64,000 bases of DNA from the human T2T-CHM13v2.0 reference genome, Homo sapiens. Position numbers and translations under genes: made by a program. Each line of letters opens with the position of its first letter. Position 1 is the stretch's first letter. The notes under the pieces were generated by a model. The model was not told the DNA's origin. It ran no database searches and saw only the letters and a program-made list of their open reading frames with translations. Shown in pieces: positions 43,944 through 61,520 of the stretch. The DNA is taken from NCBI RefSeq assembly GCF_009914755.1, contig NC_060929.1; one strand, 5' to 3'.

Positions 43944-46622
43944 TGCTGAGGTTTGAGTAGGTAAACAAAGCGGCCAGGAAGCTCGAACTCGGTGGAGCCC
44001 ACTGCAGCTCAAGGAGGCCTGCCTGCCTCTGTAGACTCCACCTCTGGGGGCAGGGCATAGCCAAACAAAAGGCAGTAGACACCTCTGCAGAATTAAATGT
44101 CCCTGTCTGACAGCTTTGAAGAGAGTGGTGGTTCTCCCAGCATGCAGCTGGATATCTGAAAAAGGACAGACTGCCTCCTCAAGTTGGTCCCTGACCCCCG
44201 AGCAGCCTAACTGGGAGACATCCCCCAGTAGGGGCAGATTGACACCTCACACGGCCGGGTACTCCTCTGAGACAAAACTTCCAGAGGAACGATCAGGCAG
44301 CAACATTTGCTGTTCACCAATATCCACTGTTCTGCAGCCTCCACTGCTGATACCCAGGCAAACAGGGTCTGGAGTGGACCTCCAGCAAACTCCAACAGAC
44401 CTGCAGCTGAGGGTCCTGACTGTTAGAAGGAAAACTAACAAACAGAAAGGACATCCACACCAAAACCCCATCTGTACGTCACCATCATCAAAGACCAAAG
44501 GTAGATAAAACCACAAAGATAGGGAAAAAACAGAGCAGAAAAACTGGAAACTCTAAAAATCAGAGCGCCTCTCCTCCTCCAAAGGAACGCAGCTCCTCAC
44601 CAGCAACAGAACAAAGCTAGATGGAGAATGACTTTAACCAGTGGAGAGAAGAAGGCTTCAGATGATCAAACTACTCTGAGCTAAAGAAGGAAGTTCGAAC
44701 CCATGGCAAAGAAGTTAAAGACCTTGAAAAAAAATTAGATGAATGGCTAACTAGAATAACCAATGCAGAGAAGTCCTTAAAGGACCTGATGGAGCTGAAA
44801 ACCATGGCACGAGAACTACATGACGAATGCACAAGTCTCAGTAGCCAATTCAATTAACTGGAAGAAAGGGTATCAGTGATGGAAGAACAATGAATGAAAT
44901 GAAGCGAGAAGAGAAGTTTAGAGAAAAAAGAATAAAAAGAAATGAACAAAGCCTCCAAGAAATATGGGACTATGTAAAAAGACCAAATCTACGTCTGACT
45001 GGTGTACCTGAAAGTGATGGGGAGAATGGAACCAAGTTGGAAAACACTCTGCAGGATATTATCCAGGAAAACTTCCCCAATCTAGCAAGGCAGGCCAACA
45101 TTCAAATTCAGGAAGTACAAAGAATGCCACAAAGATACTCCTCGAGAAGAGCAACTCCAAGACACATAATTGTCAGATTCACCGAAGTTAAAATGAAGGA
45201 AAAAATGTTAAGGGCAGCCAGAGAGAAAGGTTGGCTTACCCACAAAGGGAAGCGCATCAGACTAACAGTAGATCTCTCAGCAGAAACTCTACAAGCCAGA
45301 AGAGAGTGGGGGCCAATATTCAACATTCTTAAAGAAAAGAATTTTCAACCCACAATTTCATATCCAGCCAAACTAAGCTTCATAAGTGAAGGAGAAATAA
45401 AATACTTTACAGACAAGCAAATGCTGAGAGATTTTGTCACCACCAGGCCTGCCTTACAAGAGCTCCTGAAGGAAGCACTAAATGTGGAAAGGAACAACCG
45501 GTACCAGCCACTGCAAAAACATGCCAAATTGTAAAGACCATCAAGGCTAGGAAGAAACTGCATCAATTAACAGGCAAAATAACCAGCTAACATCATAATG
45601 ACAGGATCAGATTCACACATAACAATATTAATCTTAAATGTAAATGGGCTAAATGCTCCAATTAAAAGACACAGAATGGCAAATTGGATAAAGAGTCAAG
45701 ACCCATCAGTGTGTTGTATTCAGGAAACCCATCTCACGTGCAGAGACACACATAGGCTCAAAATAAAGGGAAGGAGGAAGAACTACCAAGCAAATGGAAA
45801 ACAAAAAAAGGCAGGGGTTGCAATCCTAGTCTCTGATGAAACAGACTTTAAACCAACAAAGGTCAAAAGAGACAAAGAAGGCCATTATATAATGGTGAAT
45901 GGATCAATTCAACAAGAAGAGCTAACTATCCTAAATATATATGCACCCAATACAGGAGCACCCAGATTCATAAAGCAAGTCCTGAGTGACCTACAAAGAG
46001 ACTTAGACTCCCACACAATAATAATGGGAGACTTTAACACCCCACTGTCAACATTAGACAGATCAACAAGACATAAATTTAACAAGGATATCCAGGAATT
46101 GAACTCAGCTCTGCACCAAGCGGACCTAACAGACATCTATAGAACTCTCCACCCCAAATCAAGAGAACATGCATTCTTTTCAGCACCACACCATACCTAT
46201 TCCAAAATTGACCACATAGTTGGAAGTAAAGCACTCCTCAGCAAATGTAAAAGAACAGAAATTATAACAAACTGTCTCTCAGACCACAGTGCAATCAAAC
46301 TAGAACTCAGGATTAAGAAACTCACTCAAAACCGCTCAACTACATGGAAACTGAACAATCTGCTCCTGAATGACCACTGGGTGCATAATGAAATGAAGGC
46401 AGAAATAAAGATGTTCTTTGAAACCAACGAGAACAAAGACACAACATACCAGAATCTCTGGGACACATTCAAAGCAGTGTGTGGAGGGAAATTTATAGCA
46501 CTCAATGCCCACAAGAGAAAGCAGGAAAGATCTAAAATTGACACCCTAACATCACAATTAAAAGAACTAGAGAAGCAAGAGCAAACACATTCAAAAGCTA
46601 GCAGAAGGCAAGAAATAACTAA

Positions 46623-47201
<579 letters not shown>

Positions 47202-47283
47202 TGATGAACATCGATGCAAAAATCCTCAATAAAATACTGGCAAACCAAATCCAGCAGCCCACCAAAAAGCTTATTCACCATGA

Positions 47284-49034
<1,751 letters not shown>

Positions 49035-49589
49035 TAAACTAGTTCAACCATTGTGGAAGTCAGTGTGGCGATTCCTCAGGGATCTAGAACTAGAAATACC
49101 ATTTGACCCAGCAATCCCATTACTGGGTATATACCCAAAGGATTATGAATCACGCTGCTATAAAGACACATGCACACGTATGTTTATTGCGGCACTATTC
49201 ACAATAGCAAAGACTTGGAACCAAGCCAAATGTCCAAGAATGATAGACTGGATTAAGAAAATGTGGCACATATACACCATGGAATACTATGCAGCCATAA
49301 AAAAGGATGAGTTCATGTCCTTTGTAGGGACATGGATGAAGCTGGAAACCATCATTCTCAGCAAACTATCGCAAGGACAAAAAACCAAACACCACATGTT
49401 CTCACTCATAGGTGGGAATTGAACAATGAGAACACATGGACACAGGAAGGGGAACATCATACACTGGGACCTGTTGTGGGGTGGGGGGAGGGACAGCATT
49501 AGGAGATACACCTAATGTTAAATGATGAGTTAATGGGTGCAGCACACCAACATGGCTCATGTATACGTATGTAACAAACCTGTTGTTTG

Positions 49590-49590
<1 letters not shown>

Positions 49591-49620
<30 letters not shown>

Positions 49621-49626
49621 CATACA
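49591..49626. repeat. (TACA)9 microsatellite within the L1 3'UTR
   Basis: 36 nt perfect repeat; absent from the equivalent position of the neighbouring L1 (about 35465). Confidence 0.95.
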
Positions 49627-52436
49627 AACGTTGTGCACATATACCCTAAAACTTAAAGTATAATAAAAAAAAAAACTAAAAGACTTAAACAGCCACACTT
49701 AATAGTGGAGAACTTTAACACACCACTGACAGCATTAGACAGATAATGAAGGCAAAAAACTAACAAAGAAATTCTGGACTTAAGCTCAACACTTGACCAA
49801 CTGGACCCAATAGATATCTGCAGAATACTTCACCCATTAATCACAGAATATACATTCTTCTAATCTGTACATGGAACATACTTCAAGATTGACCATATTC
49901 TCAGCCATAAAGCAAGTCTCAATCAATTCCAAAAAAAATCACAATTATACTAACCATACACTCAGACCACAGTGGAATAAAAATACAAATCAATACCAAG
50001 AAGATATCTCAAAACCACATAATAATATGGAAATTAAACAACTTGCTAGTAAATTACTTTTGGTAAGCAACAAAATCAAGGCAGAAATCAAAAAATTATT
50101 TGAAATAACTGAAAACAGAGACACAACATACCAAAATCTCTGGGATGCAGCAAAGGCAGTGTTAAGAAGAAAGTTTATAGCACTAAATGCCTACTCAAAA
50201 AGTTAGAAAAATCTCAAATTAACAATCTAACATCACACCTAGAGGAATTAGAAAAACAAGATAAAACTAACCCCAAAGGTAGAGGAAGAAAAAACTAAAA
50301 TCAGAGCAGAACTGAATGAAATTGAGACCCAAACATTCTTACAAAGAATCAAGGAAACCAAAAGTTTGCTTTTTGAAAGGATAAACAAGACTGATAGACA
50401 CTACTAGCTAGGTTGACAGAGAGAAAGAGAGAGAATATCCAAATAAGCACAATCAGAAATGGCAAAGGTGACATTACAACTGATCTCACAGAAATATAAA
50501 AGATCCTCAGAGACTATTATGAACACCTCTACACACATAAACTAGAAAATGTAGAGCAAAGGGATAAATTCCTGGAAACACACAATCTCCCAAGATTGAA
50601 TCAGTTCTGAAATTGAATCAGTAATTAAAAAAAAAAAAGCCTACCAACCAAGAAAAGCCCTGGACCAGATGGATTCACAGCCAAATCTACCAAATGTTCA
50701 AGGAAAAGCTGGCACCACATCAATTCTACTGAAACTATTTCAAAACATCAAGTAGAAGGGACTCTTCCCTAATGCATTCTACAAAGCCAGCATCACCCTG
50801 ATACAAAAACCTGACAGACAAAATAAAACTATAGGCCAATATCCCTGATGAATATACATACAAAAATCCTTTAAAAAATACTAGCAAACTAAATTCATCA
50901 ACATGTTAAAAAGTTAATCCACCATGATCAAATAGGCTTCATTCCTGGGATGCAAGGTTGGTTCAACATACACAAGTAATAAATGTAATTCACCACATAA
51001 AAAATTAAAAACAAAAACCATATTATCTCAATAGACAGGAAGGACAATAAAATTCAACATCTTTTCATGGTAAAAACTCTCAAGAAACTAGGCATCATAG
51101 GAACATACCTCAAAATAATAAGAGCCATCTATGACAAACTCACAGCCAATATCATACTAAATAGGCAGAAACTGGAAGCATTCCCCTTGAACTTGAAGAT
51201 GTCCACACTCACAACTCCTATTCAACACAGTACTGGAAGTCCTAGCCAGAGAAATCAGACGAAAGAAAGAGATAAAAGGCATCGAAATAGGAAGACAGAA
51301 AGTCAAATTATCTCTTTTTGTGGACAATACAATTCTAGACCTTGAAAATCCTAAAGACACCACCAAAAGGCTCTTGCAACTGACTTCAGCAAAGTTTCAG
51401 GATACAAAATCAATGTACAAAAGTCAGTACTATGCATTTCTATGCACCAGTAATGTTCATGCTGAGAGCCAAATTAAGAACACAATCCCATTTACAATAG
51501 CCACACAAAAAATAAAACACCTAGGAATACATCTAACCTAGGAGGTAAAAGACCTCTACAAAAAGAACTAAAAACACTGCCAAGAGAAATCATAAATGAC
51601 ACAAACAAGTGTAAAAACATTCCATACTCATGGATTGAAAAAATCAATATCACTAAAACAACCTTATTGCCCAAAGCAATCTACAGATTCAACACTATTT
51701 ATAACAAACTACCAACATAATTTTTCACAGAATTGGAAAAAAACTATTCTAAAATTCATATGGAATAAAAAAAGAGCTCAAATAGCCAAAGCAATTCTAA
51801 GCAAAAAGAACAAAGCCAGAGGCATCACATCACCTGACTTCAAACTATACTATAAGGCTGCAGTAACCAAAACAGTATGGTACTGATACAAAAACAGATA
51901 CATAAACCTATGGAACAAAATAAAGAGCCCAGAAATAAAGCAGCACGTCTACAGCCATCTAATAATCTTCAACAAAGTTGACAAAAATAAGCAACATGAA
52001 AAAGACTCCCTATTCAATAAATAGTGCTGGGAGAGCTTGCTAGCCATGTGCAGAAGAATGAAATTGGACCTTTACCTTTTACCATATACAAAAATTAACT
52101 CAAGATGAAGACTTAAATGTAAAACCTCAAACTATAAGAATCCTAGAAGAACACCTAGGAAACACCATTCTGGACATGGGCCTTGGGAAAGAATTTATGA
52201 CTAAATCCTCAAAAGCAATTGCAACAAAAACAAAAACTGATAAATGGGACCTAATTAAATTAAACAGCTCTGAACAGCCAAAGAACCTATCAATAGAGTA
52301 AACAGACAGCCCCACAGAATGGGAGGAAATATTCACAAACTCTGCATCCGACAAAGTTTTAACAACCAGAATCTATAAGAAACTTAAACAATGGAGCAAG
52401 CAAAAAACAACCCCATTAAAAATGGGCAACAGATAT

Positions 52437-52817
52437 TGATATGGTTTGGGTTTGTGTCCCTGCCCTAATCTCATGTTGAATTGTAATCCCCAATGTTGGA
52501 GGAGGGGGTCTGGTGGGAGGTGATTGGATCATGGGGGCGGATTTCCCTCTTGCTGTTCTCCTGATAGTGAGTTCTTACGAGATCTGGTTGATTAAAAGTG
52601 TGTAGCACTTCCCCCTTCACTCTCTTCCTCCTGTTCTGGCCATGTAAGATGTGCCTGCTTCCTCTTTGCCTTCCACCATGATTGTAAGTTTCCTGAGGTC
52701 TCCCCAGTCATGCTTTCTGTACAGCCTGAGGAACTGTGAGCCAATTAAACCTCTTTTCTTTATAAATTACCCAATCTCAGGTAGTTCTTTACAGCAATGT
52801 GAAAACAGACTAATACA
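52437..52817 (+). mobile_element. MSTA-like solo LTR nested in the host L1
   Basis: TGATATGGTTTGG...AGACTAATACA termini; TSD gatat (52432-52436) / gatac (52818-52822). L1 ORF2 sequence is continuous across it. Confidence 0.92.
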
Positions 52818-53739
52818 GATACAAACAGACACTTCCCAAAAGAAGACATACAAGCAGCAAGCAAACATGTGAAAAAATGCTCATTCTCACTAATCATGAG
52901 AGAAATGCAAATCAAAACCACAGTGAGATGCCATCTCACACCAGTCAGAATGGCAATTATTAAAAAGTCAAATAACAACAGATATTGGCAAGGCTGCAGA
53001 GAAAAGGGAATGCTTATACACTGTTGGTGGGAATGTAAATGAGTTCAGCCACTGTGGAAAGCAGTTTGGAGATTTCTCAAAGAACTTAAATCAGAGCTGC
53101 CATTGGACCTGGCAATCCCATCACTGGGTATATATCTAAAAGAAAACAAATCATTCTACCAAAAGACACATGCACTTCATCACACTCAATGCAGGGCTAT
53201 TCACAATAACAAAGTCATGGATTCAACCTAGGTGCCCATCAGTGGTGGATTGTATTTTTTAAAGGTGGTACATATATACTGTGGAACACTATGCAGCCAT
53301 AAAAAAGAACCAAAGCATGTCCTTTGCAGCAATATGGATGCAGCTGGTGGCCATTATCCTAAGCAAATTAACACAGAAACAGAAACAGAAAACCAAATCC
53401 CACATGTTTTCACTTGTAAGTGGAAGGTAAATATCAGATATTCATGGGCATAAACATGGCAACAACAGACACTGGGGACTACTAGAGGGGGGAAGGAGGG
53501 AGGGGGGCAAGAGTTGAAAAAATAACTATTGCATACTATGTTCAGTACCTGGGTGACAGGATCATTTATACCCCTGACCTCAGCATCATATAATATACCC
53601 AAGTATATTATGCACATGTACTCACTGAATCTAAAAAAGTTGAAATGAAAAAAAAAAGTCTTGAAGAGTTTTCCATGTTAATATATATAGAACTCCTTCA
53701 TTGATTTTAAGGTTTGTTTACTAACCCATTATAAAGAAT

Positions 53740-54420
53740 TCATTCATTTATTTATACTTTTAGAAAATATTTATTAGGTACCTACTATGTGCTTGACACA
53801 ATGGTAGGTGTTAGGAATACAGCACTAAACAACAAAAGCAGAGGTAAAAATGCAGAGATTCTTGAATTTGTGGAGCTTATATTCTAGTGGAGGGAAACAC
53901 AATATGTTAAATAAATCATAAAAACAGAGCAGGGTAAAGGGGATTGGGAGTACTAAACTCAGAGTGGGGTAAATTGCAACTAAAAATGAGGTGGATAGAG
54001 CAGGTCTCACTGAGAAGCACCCTTGAGTAGATGAGGGAGGGATCTAGGAGAACATGGAGGGAAGAATGTTTCAGGCAGCAGGAACAGTAAGAACAAAGGC
54101 CCTGTAGCGGGAATGTAACTAATAGGTTCATGGAACAGCAAGGATGCCACTGTAGCTGGAAGGGGCAAGAGTGGATACAGGGGAACCAGGTGGAAGATGA
54201 TTGCAAACATCTGCTGCAGAAACGACAGTGTCTCAAGATCAGGAAGGGAGCTGTGGAGGTAATGAGAAGTAGGCAGATTCCAAACATATTTTGCAGGTAG
54301 TCAACAAGATTTACTCATGGTATTCATGGAGGGAGTGAGAGAAGAAAAGACTTGAAGATGATTCGGAGGTTTTTGTCCTAACAGTGGAAAGCACTGTGCT
54401 GCATTACTGAGATACACCAT
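53740..54420 (-). mobile_element. L2 3' fragment
   Basis: ttcattcatt...atatttattaggtacctactatgtgc...ggagcttatattctagtgg reverse L2 3' end. Confidence 0.7.
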
Positions 54421-54436
54421 AGCTGATATAACCAGT

Positions 54437-54743
54437 CTTCTTTTTTTTTAGAGAGATGGGGTCTTGCTCTGTCACTCAGGCTGGAGTGCAGTGCTGTGAT
54501 TATAGCTCTCTGCAGCCTTGAACTCTGACTCAAGCAATCCTCCCACCTCAGCCTCCCAAGTAGCTAGGACTACAGGCGCATGCCACCATACCTGTCTAAT
54601 TTTTATTTATTCATTATTTTTTGTAGATACAGTGTCTCACTATGTTTTCCAGGCTGGTCTCAAACTCCTGGCCTCAAGTGATTCTCCTGCCTTGATTTCC
54701 CAAAGTGCTGAGATTATAGAATGTGATCCAATGTGCCCGGCCA
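54437..54743 (-). mobile_element. Alu (AluJ-like)
   Basis: Reverse diverged Alu dimer. Confidence 0.9.
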
Positions 54744-57028
54744 AACTAGTTCTTTATAAACTAACATATAGATGACCTCTGGGTTTTCTCTACTATGACT
54801 AATTCTGCAAAAACTATACTCTTATATGCATCTTTGTGCACATCTGATTGGGTTTCCCACTAAACAATTTCACCTGTCTCTCTCCTCTGGAATGAATGAA
54901 CTGAGCTGATCTAATCAAACCAACCAGAGGGGGTAGATGTGTGCTCAAGACATGCAAAGGAATCAGTGAGTGACGCCAAGTTAAACATGAAGAAGAGGTT
55001 GTCTTTTCTCTTTTACATTTTCCCTTCCTGATTCATCCTGCTCACCAATTACACTGTGCATTACAAAATCAAATAACAGCAAACATTTTTGAGCATTTAA
55101 GTGTCAGGCATGATGTTCAGTGATTTGTAAGCATTATCTCCCTTTTACCCTCATGACCACACTATAAGGCATATGCTAAAATTATGTCCATTGTATAGAT
55201 AAGAAGTAAAAGGAGACCTTGGAGGGGTTTGAGTGCGCCCCCAAGGTCACAAAGGCATAAGCGACTGAACTTGGATTTGCACTTAGACAGTCTAACCTTA
55301 TAGAGCTCACATCCTCAACCAGATGCATTATGCAGCTTTTAAATAAAAATCAACTCCTACATATCCCTATGATTTTTTGCCTTAGAACAAATAAGCACTG
55401 ACTAAATACTTTCAGTTGCATTGACAGCAAAGATTGTGCCTAGCCCCCTAAAAGACAGTACAGGGTAATGCAAAGGTCACAGGCTTTGAAATCAACTTTT
55501 AGCTGTGTGATCTTGGGTAACGTGCTTAACCTCTCTGAATCTCAGAGACACATATCAGGGCCCTGAGAAAATGAGACATAGCACGGCTAGTTTCCTATGG
55601 AGACTTGTTTAAAAACTTCTTCAAGATGTCATATCCAAGTGTCCTGCTAGTGGCTGAAGACAGGTAGTGCAGTCCCCAGTCTCTATTGGAGAAATCTAGA
55701 TCATTCTCTTCACTCTCTGGGGCCACCCTGCTAAGAGGCAGTTTCCTCTGAAACTCAGTTGCTTCCCTATCTGTCTTCCCCAAAACTTACTCCCTATCCT
55801 TCATCAGAGCTGCCACTGAAGTCACCAAAACATTGCAGCGCTGTGGAAAGAAGATTTGATTCAGAGTCAAAAAAAAAAAAGAGCTCAGATCCCAACTTAG
55901 TTCATGAGAATTACTGTGTGACTAAAACAAACCTCTAGCCATCTCTGGGCCTCTGTTTCTTCATCTCTAAAATCATGGGTTTGAGTAAATAAACTCTGAA
56001 TTCTGTATCAGGATGAACATCCTACAACTCTAACTGTGGAGGTTATGGGAAGGAAGAGAACGATGGATACAGTGAAGACAAAGAATCTGGCCTCTACCAA
56101 TATTTATTGATGTGTCAGAGGCCACAATTGATTGTCTTTTTCTGGAGCAGGCACACAACTGTTGCTGATGCAGTGAAAGTCATTTTTTGCCTGAGGAAAC
56201 AAAATGTTCTGGGAAATTTCACAAAAATTGCTTTTGAATTATCTAAAGAGCCACAAATTCACACCAAGCAGGGTGTTACATGAAGCCTGAGGTCCCAAAT
56301 GTTGACTGTAAATACTCCTCTCTGATGAAAATTTCACAACACTTTAGAGACATGCCCTGAAGTGGTTTAACAATCAGTTGTGTCGGGAAAGGCTGAGGAG
56401 GACTCCTAACTGGAGCTGAGTGGGGTCTGACTAACCCCAGATTTGTGTGTGAATGTGGATCTCTGCCCAGAAGGGAGTGAAAACAGAGCTCTGGGAGGAT
56501 GACATCCCTCACGCCAAGGATCCTCAATCCCACCCCAGGGCAGACACTAGGAAACACACAAATGTTCACACACGTACATCCTCACACCCCACCTCCACCC
56601 TCTCCTGAGAACCAGCATCGCTGAGGAAACATGGGATGGTAGATCCAGAGTAGGGCCCACAGTAACCCGGATCTGGCCTGATGGTTGATGGGATCTTGCC
56701 CCTGGAAATGGTTTTCCCTAGGCCTTAATTTTACTATCTGTAAAATGAAAGACTTGGACTTGAAGTTTTTAACCTCTGACAATCTACGGTTCCTTAATGA
56801 GATGAACACCTTCCTAACCCACTGAGGAGGTAGGTTGCCTTCCTGCAGCCTGGACTTGGCTCTGGAGCCACCAGTTTTATTTGTCACACACAAATCCTCA
56901 TACCCCTTCCTTGAGAATCTCTTCCCCTGCTCCGTGTGGTCCTGGCAGGAGCCAGAAGACCCCACAGTCACAGCCACAGTGATTGGTTCGGGGTTGGACA
57001 GAGTAAGTCAGATGCTGGCCTGATGTTT

Positions 57029-57465
57029 CTGTTACCTATTTTTGAGTATCACACTGCTCTAAAACCTAATGACTTTAAATGACAATCATTGTATTCCCTC
57101 TCATGGTTCTGCAGCTGGAGTTTCAGCCATCTAGAGGCTGGACCAGTTGCCTCCAGATGGGATGAGCCTCACATGCTCTGTTGGTGCTGGTAGCAGCTGA
57201 GGACTTAACTGGGGCTCTTGAAGGGCGCATGGTTCTTCTCCCCTCCGTGGCTTGGGCTTTTTAGGGTGTAACAGCTAGGTCCAAAAGGAAGCAGTCCAAA
57301 CAAGCAAGTCCGCATGCACCGTGACTTATCCAGCTTCTGCTTACATCATGCTGGCTAAAGTCCTACTGGTCAAAACAAGTCACACATCCATGCTCAGAGC
57401 CACTGAGGGAGGGAACGACCCAAGAGAGTGATTACCAAAAAGCATGGTTCTTTGACTACCACCAA
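57029..57465 (-). mobile_element. Ancient MaLR LTR (MLT1-type)
   Basis: ctctaaaacctaatgactttaaa...ctcatggttctg...ctactggtcaaaacaagtcac motifs. Confidence 0.6.
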
Positions 57466-59019
57466 TCAACCAATAAATTACTTTTTGTACTTACACAGTC
57501 ACCAAAATACCCTTGACTGATATAGAGTCAATATTGGATCTGAATTCAATTCTTATCCTTACCACTTATCAGCTATGCAGCCCAAAAGTTGCCTAGCTTA
57601 TCAGAGATTCTGTTTCTTTATCCTTAAAATAGAGATAATACCCAGTAATACTGTTCTGAAAAGTAAATAACATGTAAGGCCTGAAAACACTTTATAAATC
57701 CAAATGTGTGCTATACAAATAAACATACCACAGTGACGAAGAGAGAAACTGTAAGTTTAAGGCAATTTGGTTTGTTATTCATTCATTTTTATTAGAGATG
57801 TACTATGTACACAATATATTTTAACTGCCTGTATGGTGTAGAGGGGATGCCTAAGCCCTCAAAGAATTTAGAGTCCAATAGAGGAAATTGGTATTTACAT
57901 ATATAACATTAAACCAAGGCACCTTCAAAAATGCTGCTTCAAGAGAGGAAATAAAGTATTATGGAGAGAGATGGAGGGAATAAATAATTCCGAGTTGCAT
58001 GGACGGGGTAGGAGAGGAATGAGGACGTCTTCAAGAATGTGGCACTTAACCTGAGACATAAAGAGTGTGTTGGCTTTTATATGCATAGAGGAGGCGAAAT
58101 GCATTCAGGAGAGCAGTCACTAAATGAACAAAGGCTGGGAGGCATATAGTAAGTGCTTAATAAGTGTTATAGATGTATGAATAAATAAATAAATGAATGA
58201 ACAAATAGTGGTCCAAGAATAGCACATGGTCCAGCGTTTCCATAGCAAAGAGAATGTGGGAGTGCTTGGTGAGAGAGAAAACCAGAGGAATAGATTGGGG
58301 CTACATTATGATGAGTTTTGAATGCCAGACCAAGAATTTCAGCATTTATTTTAATCGGGAGCCATTGAGGATTCTGGGGCATAATAGTCACAAGATCATA
58401 ACCATATTTTACAGAAATCACTCTGTTGGTAATGCAGGATGAGCCTGGTAATGGCACCTATGTATGTTTCTCCCTACAGAGGCACCCCTCCTTCCCTTCT
58501 CAGTCTGTGGAGTGTGGGTGGGCCTGATACCCCCACTCTCTCACTCTCCTCTGGGGATGATCAGATGATTCGACTGGCCAAGGGGAGTATTTCATTCCTC
58601 TGCATCACAGGGATTGGTCCAGGGATGGGCACCTGACTTGAGCCAGGCCAGTGAGATGGTGTCCTTGGACTTTAGGGGAAAATGTTAAAAAAAAAAAGGG
58701 GGGTGCTTATCTTCCCTCACTGGCATTGCTTATCCGATAGCATGTATGTCTGAAGTTGATGGGGACAATAAAAACCTGCCTGAGAATGAAGCTAACAGGA
58801 AAGAAATTAGAGACAGCAGAGAAAGGAAGTCCCTGACTGATGGCTTCATTTGAGTTCCTGGATAGAGCTGCCCTGAAAATAACATTTCCCTGAATTTCCA
58901 ACAGCACTGGAAGTAATCCAATCACATTCCTTTCTGGCTTGAATTGCTTTTCTGCCTTTTTGTCATGGAATGATTCCTGATTAGATAGAGTTGGGCACTG
59001 TGTTAATCCCTAAACAGTC

Positions 59020-60330
<1,311 letters not shown>

Positions 60331-61289
60331 TCTGGACTGCAGCTGTAAGTCTGCACCAACCTCAGAGAAAGATCAGAGGAAGCTCCAGCCTTACCAGTTC
60401 TATGAGGAAGATGCTCTAGCTGTTTTACCTCCCCAATGTCATGTCTTCTTTGTCCTATTTCCAACTGTAATTGCCTTGTAAGACAATGAGATGAGATGCA
60501 CTGTCCTCCAATCTCAGAAGTCGATTCTAAATTCCGACAATCCTAACCAAAAAGACTATTTTTAAAAAACAGTTTTCAAGTTTAAAGTTCAGCTCTAGGA
60601 ATCCAAGAGAACAGGAATGACCATGTACAAGAAAATAAAAGCAAACTCCCCAGGAACAAAGAGTCCTACCTATGAAGCCTCAAGAAAATCTGGAAATTCC
60701 TAGGATGTACACAAGGAGGAGCAAGGCAGGCAAAGAGAGTGATGCTGGGGCTGACAGGTGGCAGATGAGGTGTTGATTCAGAATCCTGGTGGGTTTCATC
60801 AGCTGATGAATACTGAAAGGCTCTGACAATTTTATTTCTGGCTTAAAATAGGAACTATGAATATGGAGGGATCTTTTAAATGTTAATAGAAGCAGTATTA
60901 AGGAAGAAAATTGGACCTATTGTTTTGCAAACAGCTGGATCTACTGAAGCAAATTCAGTGTGTATTTCTGAGGATTCCTTTCAAAATATGCTCAATTATA
61001 ATAAGCAAAAACTCCAGGGATGCTCACTGTAGGAAAAGGACCCTGGGGATTTGGAATCAGAAGATCTGGCTTCCAGCTCCAGTTCTTTGGCAATCATTGA
61101 CTTCTGAATGTCACATTCTAAAATGCAGATTCCAAGATTACTCAAGGCTGCTGGGAGGTAGAAGAAAGGCAATGTACGTAGTAATGACAGAGCTAAAAGC
61201 ATTGAGGGCTACCACTGCAGGCACCGGGCTAGGTAACTGATGGGCACTGACCCAAGACTTCTGCATCTGGAAGATGCGGGTTAAGGTTG

Positions 61290-61520
61290 AGGACTTTGGA
61301 AGAAGATCTGGGTTCAAATCCCATCTCTGCCACTCATTTGCTGGGTGAGCTTAAGCAAATTATTCATCCTCTCTGTACTCAATCACCTCATCCACAAAAT
61401 GGGGATGATAACACTTCTTGTCTTATTAAGGACATTATCAAAAAAATAAATGAGCTATTATATGTGAAGCACTTAACATAGTACACAGCACATCATACTC
61501 AACAACTATTGGCATTTATT
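61290..61520 (+). mobile_element. MIR
   Basis: ctgggttcaaatcccatctctgccact...aaaatggggatgataac...aaatgagctattatatgtgaagcactta. Confidence 0.72.
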
